From assembly GCA_046496745.1 (NCBI GenBank), contig JAWOGQ010000090.1, forward strand, positions 7,861 to 39,860: 32,000 nt of DNA, in the 5' to 3' direction. The position numbers and the translations under genes were made by a program. Of this stretch, positions 16,008 through 23,825 are shown piece by piece. This DNA is from Candidatus Woesearchaeota archaeon (lineage in GTDB: Archaea; Nanobdellota; Nanobdellia; Woesearchaeales; JACJVW01). The notes under the pieces were generated by a model. It was not told where the DNA came from. It searched no databases and saw only the letters and a program-made list of their open reading frames with translations. The number at the start of each line of letters is the position of its first letter. The first letter of the stretch is position 1.

Positions 16008-17084
16008 ATGGATGAACCCTTCATCAAAGAAGATACAAAGGTATCAACCGATAATGAACTTGAGCAATACCTCGCAACCCGGAAAGCACGCATAAAGGTC
16101 GTGGGAACTGGTGGCGCAGGTAATAATACAATCAATCGTATGTCCCAGGTGGGGATTGCAGGCGTTGATACAATCGCTTTGAACACTGATGCCCAGGATC
16201 TTCTTTATACAACCGCAGACAGTAAGATACTCCTTGGAAAGGATGTAAGCGGTGGTCTTGGAGCAGGGTCCCAGCCGAAGGTCGGAGAGGAATCAGCAAG
16301 GGACAGTGAAGGGGACATAAAGAAAGCGCTTGGAACACCTGACATGGTGTTTATCACTTGCGGGCTTGGTGGCGGAACTGGTACAGGTTCTGCTCCAGTT
16401 GTTGCTGAAATCGGAAAAAAGGTTGGTGCACTTGTAGTGGGTGTCGTGACAATACCTTTTTCCATGGAAGGCAAGCGCAGGTACGAGAATGCGGTCATAG
16501 GGCTTGAGAAGCTTGAACAGACTGTTGATACACTCATAGTTATACCAAACGACAAGCTGATGGAGATGGCTCCTGATCTTCCGATCAGTACAGCATTCAA
16601 GGTCGCTGATGAGATCCTTACCAATGCGGTGAAGGGTATAGCTGAACTGATAACGACTGCAGGGCTTGTCAATCTTGACTTTGCGGATGTACGTGCTATC
16701 ATGGATAGCGGGGGTGTTGCCCTTATAGGTACAGGTGAAAGTGATAGCGAGAACCGGGCGACCGAGGCAGTCGAGAAGGCCATACAGAATCCTTTGCTTG
16801 ATGTGGACATCTCAGGGGCAAGCGGGGCGCTCATCAATGTTGCAGGAGGTCTTGACATGACGCTTGAAGAGGCGAGAAAGGTTGTCGAGACTATCTCAGA
16901 GAGGCTTGATGATGATGCAAAGATCATATGGGGCTCCCAGATCAACGAGGATCTGCAGAATTCGATAAGGGTCATGATAATTGTCACAGGAGTGACATCC
17001 AGCCAGATACTTGGCTCTAACACACTCCGGAAAAGACAAAAACAGGAAATAGAAAACGAGTTGGGGATAGAGTTCGTTAATTAA
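16008..17084 (+). CDS. ftsZ: cell division GTPase FtsZ
   Basis: Tubulin signature GGGTGTGSAPVVAEI, plus N-terminal IKVVGTGGAGNNTINRM and NTDAQ. GAGGTG lies 6 nt upstream of ATG 16008; the track's GTG 15999 is 3 codons upstream. Confidence 0.95.
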   Translation: MDEPFIKEDTKVSTDNELEQYLATRKARIKVVGTGGAGNNTINRMSQVGIAGVDTIALNTDAQDLLYTTADSKILLGKDVSGGLGAGSQPKVGEESARDSEGDIKKALGTPDMVFITCGLGGGTGTGSAPVVAEIGKKVGALVVGVVTIPFSMEGKRRYENAVIGLEKLEQTVDTLIVIPNDKLMEMAPDLPISTAFKVADEILTNAVKGIAELITTAGLVNLDFADVRAIMDSGGVALIGTGESDSENRATEAVEKAIQNPLLDVDISGASGALINVAGGLDMTLEEARKVVETISERLDDDAKIIWGSQINEDLQNSIRVMIIVTGVTSSQILGSNTLRKRQKQEIENELGIEFVN

Positions 17085-17085
17085 A

Positions 17086-17271
17086 ATGGGTATGGATAGA
17101 ATCAAAGCAAGACTGAGGCACCACATCAAGGAGTATTGGCGTGTGCTGAGACTGACAAAGAAACCTTCAATGCCTGAGTTCAAATCTATTGTTAAGATCT
17201 CAGGACTTGGTATGGCAATCATAGGTTTCATAGGATTTATAATAACAATGGTAAGACAAGTACTATTTTAG
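17086..17271 (+). CDS. secE: protein translocase subunit SecE / Sec61-gamma
   Basis: A 61-aa protein with a basic N-terminus (EYWRVLRLTKKPSMPEF) and a single C-terminal TM helix. Its position between ftsZ and spt5 is conserved. Confidence 0.85.
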   Translation: MGMDRIKARLRHHIKEYWRVLRLTKKPSMPEFKSIVKISGLGMAIIGFIGFIITMVRQVLF

Positions 17272-17280
17272 GGATGTACG

Positions 17281-17856
17281 ATGGATAAGAAAAAAGAACA
17301 GATGGAAGAAGACGAATTTGCAGAGATGAAGAAGGAGCTTGCTTCTGAAGAGACTCCAGAGGAACCTGCTGAGCCTGAAGAGGCTGCTGAGGAGCCTGAA
17401 TCTGGTGAGATAAGCACCTCGCTTTTTGCTTTGCGAACAACGGCCAATCGTGAAGATCAGGTCATGGATTTCCTAATCAGCAATGTCAAGAAAAAAGAGC
17501 TTGCGGTGTATTCAGTGATAGCACCTCACGGGATGAGAGGCTACATATTCATTGAGGCAGGTAACAGGACAGACGCTGAGCAAGCTGCATTCAATATACC
17601 TTATGCACGTGGATTGTTACCAAAAGAGGTCAATTACAAAGAGATTGAGCATATGCTTGAACAGGTAAAAAAGGATGTCAACATACAGAAGAATGATATC
17701 TGCGAGATCATATCAGGACCGTTCAAGCGTGAGAAAGCCAAGGTTACCAGGGTGGACAAGCAAAAAGAGGAAGTGGTAGTTGAATTGCTTGAATCTGCAG
17801 TTCCTATCCCGATAACTGTCAAGGTTGATGCGATCAAAGTTATACGAAGAGATTAA
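17281..17856 (+). CDS. spt5: transcription elongation factor Spt5 (NusG homolog) with acidic N-terminal extension
   Basis: The NGN domain (LFALRTTANREDQVMDFL ... GYIFIEA) and KOW domain (ISGPFKREKAKVTRVDKQKEEVVVEL...VPIPITV) align with archaeal Spt5. They are preceded by ~46 Glu/Pro/Ala-rich residues. Confidence 0.9.
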   Translation: MDKKKEQMEEDEFAEMKKELASEETPEEPAEPEEAAEEPESGEISTSLFALRTTANREDQVMDFLISNVKKKELAVYSVIAPHGMRGYIFIEAGNRTDAEQAAFNIPYARGLLPKEVNYKEIEHMLEQVKKDVNIQKNDICEIISGPFKREKAKVTRVDKQKEEVVVELLESAVPIPITVKVDAIKVIRRD

Positions 17857-17868
17857 GGAGAGATATTT

Positions 17869-18348
17869 ATGGCAAAAGAGAAGATTGAGATATTGATTGA
17901 AGGTGGAAAAGCAACAGCAGCTCCGCCACTGGGTCCTGCTTTAGGCCCTATGGGTGTGAACATAGGAGAGATTGTTACAGAGATAAACAAAGTTACTGCA
18001 TCTTTCAAGGGCATGCAGGTGCCTGTGAATGTCATTGTTGATACAGTGACAAAGGATTATGAGATAACTGTCGGTACGCCACCAGCATCAGCGCTCATAA
18101 AGAAAGAGGCCGGGATAAATAAGGCTTCAAAGAGCGCAGAGGTTGCAGGAAACCTTACATTTGATCAGGTCGTAAAGATTGCTGACATGAAGAAAACATC
18201 ACTGCTTGGTGTTGATGTCAAGCAGAGGGTAAAAGACATACTTGGTACCTGTAATTCAATGGGTATAACAGTTGAATCCAAGGATCCAAAGACTGTGACC
18301 AAGGAAATCAATGAAGGCGCTTACGACGAGCAGCTCAAATCTGCTTAA
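17869..18348 (+). CDS. rpl11: 50S ribosomal protein L11 (uL11), archaeal type
   Basis: GGKATAAPPLGPALGPMGVNIGEIV...FKGMQVPVNVIV is the archaeal L11 N-terminal signature. AAGGAG lies upstream of the ATG. Confidence 0.95.
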   Translation: MAKEKIEILIEGGKATAAPPLGPALGPMGVNIGEIVTEINKVTASFKGMQVPVNVIVDTVTKDYEITVGTPPASALIKKEAGINKASKSAEVAGNLTFDQVVKIADMKKTSLLGVDVKQRVKDILGTCNSMGITVESKDPKTVTKEINEGAYDEQLKSA

Positions 18349-19142
18349 ATAGCTTTATTTCTTTTTACTTCAATATCCATTTCAGCGAGAATTTCTTTTA
18401 TCTTTTGCTTGTGGGGGCCAAGGCCTTTCCAGTCAAGCACTATGAGGTCTGCTCTTGTTGTGTTCTTTTCTATTGCCTGCTCCAGAATATCCCTGTCCAG
18501 GTGTTCAAGGAGGAATTTTGCGCAGATATGGCCTATCGCAAGGTCAGAATCCCGTATCAGCCTGTTTGCGGTCTCATTGTAATGACCGCCTCCCAAGACA
18601 ATGGCAGTCCTTCTTTCTTTAGGGGGTTCTTTTGTAAGTCTTATTATGGTCTCTGCTATAAGCTTGCCTGCTTTCTTGTTCTCCCATTCCTCCTGGCTTG
18701 AGCCTATCTCAATGAACATGCAGGGCTTATTGATCGCTGGGCCATGATGGGTCTGCTCAATGCTCACCTCAAAGCCAAGATCGTTTATCTCGTCCAGGAT
18801 GCGAAGGGCTTCCCTGATATATTCAGCCGGTGCCTTGCAAAGGGTCCGGTCTTCTCCTCCGATGTCTGCGGTGTTCCAGTTGCCGGGGACATGACAGCAG
18901 AGACAGGGTCTTTTAGCCTTGCTTTGGTGTTTTGTCGCAAAAATGATCATGTCTTCTGGCAGGTCCTGGTCAATGCCTTCACAGTAGACTGAATCTTTGT
19001 CTGTGGTGTAAAGGGTGAAATCTTTGAAAGAATAGACTTTGTGATTGAATTTTTCTCCTGATTCTTTTGCAGGGTATTTCAGAAGATGCTCTTTGATGTT
19101 CATGCCTGCAGGGTCTTTGGTTGAAACGATGACTGCTTTCAT
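18345..19142 (-). CDS. dtdA: D-aminoacyl-tRNA deacylase, archaeal DTD2 type
   Basis: MKAVIVSTKDPAGMNIKEHLL, plus an overall length (~265 aa) and HHGP / GGGHY motifs typical of archaeal DtdA. An ATGA overlap links it to the upstream radical-SAM gene. Confidence 0.75.
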   Translation of the reverse strand: MKAVIVSTKDPAGMNIKEHLLKYPAKESGEKFNHKVYSFKDFTLYTTDKDSVYCEGIDQDLPEDMIIFATKHQSKAKRPCLCCHVPGNWNTADIGGEDRTLCKAPAEYIREALRILDEINDLGFEVSIEQTHHGPAINKPCMFIEIGSSQEEWENKKAGKLIAETIIRLTKEPPKERRTAIVLGGGHYNETANRLIRDSDLAIGHICAKFLLEHLDRDILEQAIEKNTTRADLIVLDWKGLGPHKQKIKEILAEMDIEVKRNKAI

Positions 19143-20197
19143 ATGTATTCCCTCTCAATCTCCAGTTGGTCCCATGTTGGATATTCTTCGATTATTGCAC
19201 AGGGTTCTTTTAGCTTTCTTTTTATGTGCTTCATTGCTGCAGCTCTTGTCAGGACACGGTTCTTGTCTGTATCTATGAAGATGTGCTTTTCAGGAATGTT
19301 GCATTTTCTTATTATGCGCTCTTTTGTATCTTCAAGGGAATATTTCTCGGGAAAGACTGCTCCTCTTATCAGGAGGCCTTCATCAGTTATCTTGTCAAAT
19401 GGTTTTGCTGCGTTCTTTGCCCTGCGCTTGATACGGTTCGCCATCTGGACAGCGTCCTTGAGGCGGGTTGTGCAGTAATGGACATTTACCCCTGAGTCTT
19501 CCAGGGTTTCCATGAGCTTTGTTGCTTCCTCTTCGCTTCCCTCTATTGCGTATGAGAGCTGTGACTTGATGTTGAACCCTTTCTCCTCAAGCTTGTTTGC
19601 GTTGGTATCTGATAGTTCTAGCTCGTTGAGGTTGATGAAATCCACCTTGTCTTTCACGTATTCTATCAGTGGGCGTGCATCTGTTCCAGGTATGACTGGT
19701 ATCTCGATCCCTATGTCCCAGTCGAATTCTCCTGCAAGCTTTAGCCTTGGCCAGTCCTCTTGTGATTCGTAATCTGGATGGAAGCGTATCTCGTCAAGAC
19801 CAGCATCGTGGAGTGCCTTCAGTTTTTCTTTAGTGACATTCTTCAAAGGAGTGTATAGGTGGATGTGGAAGTGGCCGAATTCCTGCTTTAGTTTTCTTAT
19901 GATCCTTGTTGTCCGCTCTATCTTCAGGAGAGGGTCGCCGCCTGTGATGCCTGCGCCTCTTGCATCTGATATCCGGGCTTCTTCCAGGATCTCCTCATCA
20001 GATGTCACTGGCCTCTCATTGGCATAGATTACGTCCTTGTTCTTCTTCTCATCAGAAAGAGGGCAAAAGTAGCATGACTTGTTGCAGAGGCCGGTTATGA
20101 AAAGCACCAGCTTTTGGCCTTTCACGCATTGGCTGCAGCCCTTTGGAAGGTCGTTTATCTTTTTCGAGAAGTAAGGTGTATCTTTCATGTATTTCAT
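19139..20197 (-). CDS. radical SAM protein (COG2108-like, related to PFL-activating enzymes)
   Basis: CNKSCYFC is the CxxxCxxC radical-SAM cluster motif, and GGDPLL is a SAM-binding motif. ATG 20188 (MKDTPYF) is an alternative start ~28 nt from a TATTTAAAAAG element on this strand. Confidence 0.8.
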   Translation of the reverse strand: MKYMKDTPYFSKKINDLPKGCSQCVKGQKLVLFITGLCNKSCYFCPLSDEKKNKDVIYANERPVTSDEEILEEARISDARGAGITGGDPLLKIERTTRIIRKLKQEFGHFHIHLYTPLKNVTKEKLKALHDAGLDEIRFHPDYESQEDWPRLKLAGEFDWDIGIEIPVIPGTDARPLIEYVKDKVDFINLNELELSDTNANKLEEKGFNIKSQLSYAIEGSEEEATKLMETLEDSGVNVHYCTTRLKDAVQMANRIKRRAKNAAKPFDKITDEGLLIRGAVFPEKYSLEDTKERIIRKCNIPEKHIFIDTDKNRVLTRAAAMKHIKRKLKEPCAIIEEYPTWDQLEIEREYI

Positions 20198-20503
20198 TAA
20201 TCTGTGTCTTTTTAAATAATTAACTGGTTTCAGGGTGTGGTTTATAAAGATAAGTATAAAAATAAGCTTTTAAATTAAATCTAATAAAAGAATTTAAATA
20301 AGTTTCTATCTAGGGTTTTTTAGAAGGTTTAAAAAAAGAATAAATAAGAATATAAAATAAAGTATAAAAAATAAGTAAGAAAAGGTAATCTAATAAAGTA
20401 TTAAATAAAGGGTTTAAATAATAACTTAAATAATATCTAAAATAATAGATAATATAAAAGCAAAAATAATATAAATAAGCAGAATAAATATAATTATAGA
20501 AAG
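20198..20503. repeat. extremely AT-rich intergenic tract with dispersed short repeats
   Basis: By eye it is far more AT-rich than the rest of the window (not computed). A ~25-nt imperfect direct repeat occurs at 20277-20302 (AAATCTAATAAAAGAATTTAAATAAG) and 20386-20410 (TAATCTAATAAAGTATTAAATAAAG). There are at least five copies of AAATAAG. The flanking genes are divergent. Confidence 0.6.
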
Positions 20504-20632
20504 ATGGAAATTTATAAGAAAAGTTTCGAGATCTGTGATGAGGAAGCCTATTCCCTTGATTTTTGGGTCAATGGTGATGATCTGCTTATCGGATATTTCA
20601 GTGATGTAGATCACCCAAATCTTTATATATAA
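20504..20632 (+). CDS. possible small ORF (42 aa), unsupported beyond composition
   Basis: MEIYKKSFEICDEEAYSLDFWVNGDDLLIGYFSDVDHPNLYI. GC content rises sharply here relative to the AT tract. It is below the 60-aa cutoff of the supplied track. No family recognised. Confidence 0.3.
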   Translation: MEIYKKSFEICDEEAYSLDFWVNGDDLLIGYFSDVDHPNLYI

Positions 20633-20652
20633 GTAAAAAAGTAAGTATAAAC

Positions 20653-20820
20653 ATGAATACTACCACTTTCAGGAGGAAATTGTACAAAAGGGGTTCGAGT
20701 TATGAGACAACAATCCCGATGCCTCTATTGTTTGCAGTCGATAAGACCAAAAAGAATAATGTCTTGTTCGTGTATGATCGGGATCAGGACAGATGGTATA
20801 TCGAATTTGAGGAATCATGA
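20653..20820 (+). CDS. small AbrB/SpoVT-like DNA-binding protein (55 aa)
   Basis: MNTTTFRRKLYKRGSSYETTIPMPLLFAV resembles the swapped-hairpin AbrB/MazE N-terminal pattern (R.v.k.G.S...tIP...). TTTATATATAAG is centred 26 nt upstream of the ATG, implying a leaderless mRNA. Not in the supplied track (<60 aa). Confidence 0.5.
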   Translation: MNTTTFRRKLYKRGSSYETTIPMPLLFAVDKTKKNNVLFVYDRDQDRWYIEFEES

Positions 20821-20847
20821 GTCTTGGCGAGACACGGGTTGGCGATT

Positions 20848-20873
20848 GGGTTTTTAGGGTTTCCTAAAAACCC
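20848..20873. promoter_or_regulatory. perfect 9-bp-arm palindrome/hairpin upstream of the 20887-23825 operon
   Basis: GGGTTTTTA (20848-20856) and TAAAAACCC (20865-20873) are separated by 8 nt. It is preceded by a TTGGCGA direct repeat (20824-20830 and 20839-20845). It lies between the AbrB-like gene and the AAGGTGA ribosome-binding site of the next gene. Confidence 0.4.
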
Positions 20874-20886
20874 TTAAGGTGATAAG

Positions 20887-21183
20887 ATGAATTATGTAAG
20901 GATAAGGGATGTGATTCCCAGGCTGGATATGGATGAGCTTATAAAGATCAAGCGGGATCTGGATTCAGGATCGATTCATCTGAAAAAATTAATTAATGAC
21001 GAGATTGCAAAAAAGAAGAATGAGCATTCAGGGGTTTGCGCGGTGTGCATGAAGCCAATCGATCCTGCGGATCATGATACTTTCACACTCATATTCGGCC
21101 CGGATGATTTCAAGAAGAAGGCGTCCTTTTGCGCGCATGATTGCATGACTTATTTCATTTCAAGGCTTAAAAAAGAGGTTTAG
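20887..21183 (+). CDS. small Cys-motif protein, TRASH/YHS-like zinc or metal ribbon
   Basis: CAVC-x27-FCAHDCMTYF resembles the TRASH pattern C-x2-C-x(19-22)-C-x3-C with a slightly longer spacer. Its stop lies 2 nt before the GTG start of the P-type ATPase. Confidence 0.5.
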   Translation: MNYVRIRDVIPRLDMDELIKIKRDLDSGSIHLKKLINDEIAKKKNEHSGVCAVCMKPIDPADHDTFTLIFGPDDFKKKASFCAHDCMTYFISRLKKEV

Positions 21184-21185
21184 CA

Positions 21186-23825
21186 GTGTTCTTTGATAAG
21201 GAACCAGAAGAAGTATTTAATGAGTTGATTAGTTCTGATACCGGTCTCTCTGAAAATGAGGTTGAACGCCGGCAGGGGATGTATGGGAAGAATATCGTGT
21301 ACAGGGTCCCAAAGGTAAAGGGCTTTCCTTTCCTGATTGCACAGTTCAGGAGGGTGAGCATCTACCTGCTGCTTATTCTTCTGTTATTATCTGTTCTTCT
21401 TGGAGATTACCTGAAGGTTCTGGTAGTATTGCCTATCCTGCTTTTCAATGGTTATCTTGGGTATCGCAAGATGTACGATTACCAGAGGGCCAAGTATCTT
21501 CTGCAGGAGTTAAGCAGCCAGAATGTAAAGGTCATGAGGGATGGTAATTTCAAGTCAATTGATTCTACTGAACTTGTCCCGGGGGATGTCATCTATGTCC
21601 AGACCGGTGAAAGGGTACCTGCAGATGCGCGGCTATTTGAGATGAAGGATCTTGAGACCTCGGAGTCACGCATTACAGGCAAATACAGCCCTGTGAAGAA
21701 ATCCCTGAAACTGGTGATACCAGGCAGTCCCATGGAGAAACAGAATAACATGATCTTTTGCGGTTCAACAGTCACTAAGGGATATGCGAAGGCTGTTGTT
21801 GTGAGGACAGGAAGTGATACTTATCTTGGAGATCTCATGAAGGGGGAAGAAGGATCTTATCATGAGGTGATCCCTCTTGAAAAGAAAACCTCCAGGCTTA
21901 AGCTCTGGCTTGAGAGAATGATTGGTATCTGTGCTCTAACAGTCCTGGGAATCGCGTTGTACTCTTCGTCAGAATTCCTGCAGATTCTCATGCAGCTGGA
22001 CATGTCTGTGGAATGGTTCAGCAGCCTGTTTTTTAGTATACAGGATTATGCTTATGTTGCTGTTGGGCTTAGTGTTGGTGCGGTACCGGCTGGTTTTGCA
22101 AATATAATAGGTGATGCCTTGTCCAGGGGATTAAAGCTGATGCACAAGAATAAGGTGGTGATGCGAAAACTTAATCCCATACTTAATCTTGGCTTCACCA
22201 GCGCGCTTTGTTCTGATATAACAGGAATCCTTACTGAAGAGCGCATGACTGTCCGGAAGATATTTGCCAATGGTTCAGTGATGGAAGTGACAGGAAACGG
22301 ATCTGAAGGGGAGATACTCAAGGATGGCATGCAGGTCAAGCCTCATGAGGTGGACCTTATATTGAAGATAGGCATGCTGAATAATGATGCATCAATCGAT
22401 GCGGAATCATACCTTGGGGATCCGACAGAACTTGCTCTTATAATGAGCGGGGCAAAGAATAATCTCAATAAGACAGATCTTGAAAAAAATTTCCCGCGTA
22501 TAGCTGACAAGCCTTTTGATTCTGACAGGAGAAGAAAGGCTACACTGCACAGGACAAAGACTAAAAACTATCTTTTTGTGAAAGGGGCATGTGATACAGT
22601 ACTTAATCTCTGCACTTCTGTTATCATAGACGGGAAAGTACAGAAGATGACCCCTGAGCGGATGGAATCTATAAAGCGGATGAATGAATCTTTCTCCCAG
22701 GAAGGGTTAAGGGTGATCTCCTTTGCTTTCAAGGTTCATCCTGATACAGAGATAAAGGAGGAAAACCTTATCTTTGTGGGGCTGCAGGCACTGGAGAACC
22801 CGTTGAGAAAGAACTCGCAGGCAGCGATACATAAGCTTGAGAAGGCAGGAATCAAGACAACATTTGTCACAGGAGAACATATGAATACTGCTCTGGCGAT
22901 CGGTTCAAGCCTGGGGATAAAAGGGAATGCTGTAAATGCCGCGGAGCTGGATAAGGAAAAGGATCTTGAGAACAGGATAGAGGATATATCCATTGTTGCA
23001 CGGGCTAGCTCAGCGCATAAACTCAAGATTGTGACAGCTCTTCGGAATAAAGGCTATAATGTGGCTGTCACCGGAGATAGCATGAATGATGCATTCACGC
23101 TTCAGAAGGCGGATACAGGCATATCGATGGGGGAGAGCAGTGATATTGCAAAAGAGGCTTCAGATGTAGTGGTAGAGGATAATTCCTTTTTTACCATAGT
23201 AAGAGGGATTGAGGAGTCGAAAGGCATAAACGAGAATATCCAGAAGTTTCTCATGTCAATCTTTTCAGGAAATCTTGCAATGCTCTTCATTATGCTTGTT
23301 CCTGCGTTATTGTCTCTTTTGTTTGGGATACAGTTCCTCTCTCCTTTGCAGGGTGTACATATCTTATGGATCGCTTTTATTGCAGATGGTCTTTTCTCCT
23401 ACATGATGCTGCATGATCCAGTCAGACCTTCTATAATGGGCTATTCCCAGAAATCCTTTGACAGGAGATCAATGATGGATACAGTGATAATCGCGATAAT
23501 GATCTATGGCCTGACTGCTCTTATCATGAGTGTTGACAGGTTTCCATACACTATGGTATTTACAGCACTTGTGCTGTTCCAGTTTGTAAAGGTCTTGATT
23601 GTCCGCATGAAGCATAAGGTCTGGTTCTTTTCCAATAAGAACTTATGGCTTACGATGATTCTGATGGTATCTTTACAGGGGCTTATAGTCTATGTCCCTT
23701 TCTTGCAGCCTGTATTTGATACAGTACCTCTGGCACTTGATGATCTGCTGCTTGTAATTGCGGCTGCTACTGGGTTGTTTGTCCTGGGATTGATATTCTC
23801 CTTTGTAAGGCGAAAAGATATTTAA
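21186..23825 (+). CDS. P-type ATPase, P2-like architecture, with divergent catalytic and ion-site motifs
   Basis: A Cation_ATPase_N-like start (LSENEVERRQGMYGKNIV), VPGDVIYV..GERVPADARL, GDPTELAL, FVKGACD and VTGDSMND place it in the family. However, DKTGT reads DITGI, TGES reads TGKY and PEGL reads PAGF. The GTG start has AGAGG 8 nt upstream. Confidence 0.85.
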   Translation: MFFDKEPEEVFNELISSDTGLSENEVERRQGMYGKNIVYRVPKVKGFPFLIAQFRRVSIYLLLILLLLSVLLGDYLKVLVVLPILLFNGYLGYRKMYDYQRAKYLLQELSSQNVKVMRDGNFKSIDSTELVPGDVIYVQTGERVPADARLFEMKDLETSESRITGKYSPVKKSLKLVIPGSPMEKQNNMIFCGSTVTKGYAKAVVVRTGSDTYLGDLMKGEEGSYHEVIPLEKKTSRLKLWLERMIGICALTVLGIALYSSSEFLQILMQLDMSVEWFSSLFFSIQDYAYVAVGLSVGAVPAGFANIIGDALSRGLKLMHKNKVVMRKLNPILNLGFTSALCSDITGILTEERMTVRKIFANGSVMEVTGNGSEGEILKDGMQVKPHEVDLILKIGMLNNDASIDAESYLGDPTELALIMSGAKNNLNKTDLEKNFPRIADKPFDSDRRRKATLHRTKTKNYLFVKGACDTVLNLCTSVIIDGKVQKMTPERMESIKRMNESFSQEGLRVISFAFKVHPDTEIKEENLIFVGLQALENPLRKNSQAAIHKLEKAGIKTTFVTGEHMNTALAIGSSLGIKGNAVNAAELDKEKDLENRIEDISIVARASSAHKLKIVTALRNKGYNVAVTGDSMNDAFTLQKADTGISMGESSDIAKEASDVVVEDNSFFTIVRGIEESKGINENIQKFLMSIFSGNLAMLFIMLVPALLSLLFGIQFLSPLQGVHILWIAFIADGLFSYMMLHDPVRPSIMGYSQKSFDRRSMMDTVIIAIMIYGLTALIMSVDRFPYTMVFTALVLFQFVKVLIVRMKHKVWFFSNKNLWLTMILMVSLQGLIVYVPFLQPVFDTVPLALDDLLLVIAAATGLFVLGLIFSFVRRKDI

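Noticed and set aside
15677-16186. 169-aa minus-strand ORF spanning the FKBP/ftsZ junction
   Set aside because: It is antisense to two genes with unambiguous family signatures and crosses their intergenic boundary.
16205-17023. 272-aa minus-strand ORF inside ftsZ
   Set aside because: It is a Ser/Pro/Ala-rich shadow of the Gly/Ala/Val-rich FtsZ frame. FtsZ identity is certain from the GGGTGTG tubulin signature.
20198-20503. AT-rich repeat tract as a CRISPR array
   Set aside because: There are no regularly spaced identical repeats of 24-40 nt with unique spacers. The repeats are short, degenerate and irregular, and no cas genes are present.
20426-20614. 62-aa minus-strand ORF in the track
   Set aside because: Its C-terminal half (IIIFILLIYIIFAFILSIILDII) is simply the translation of the AT-rich tract. 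Its remainder overlaps the opposite-strand 42-aa ORF. There is no promoter or RBS support.
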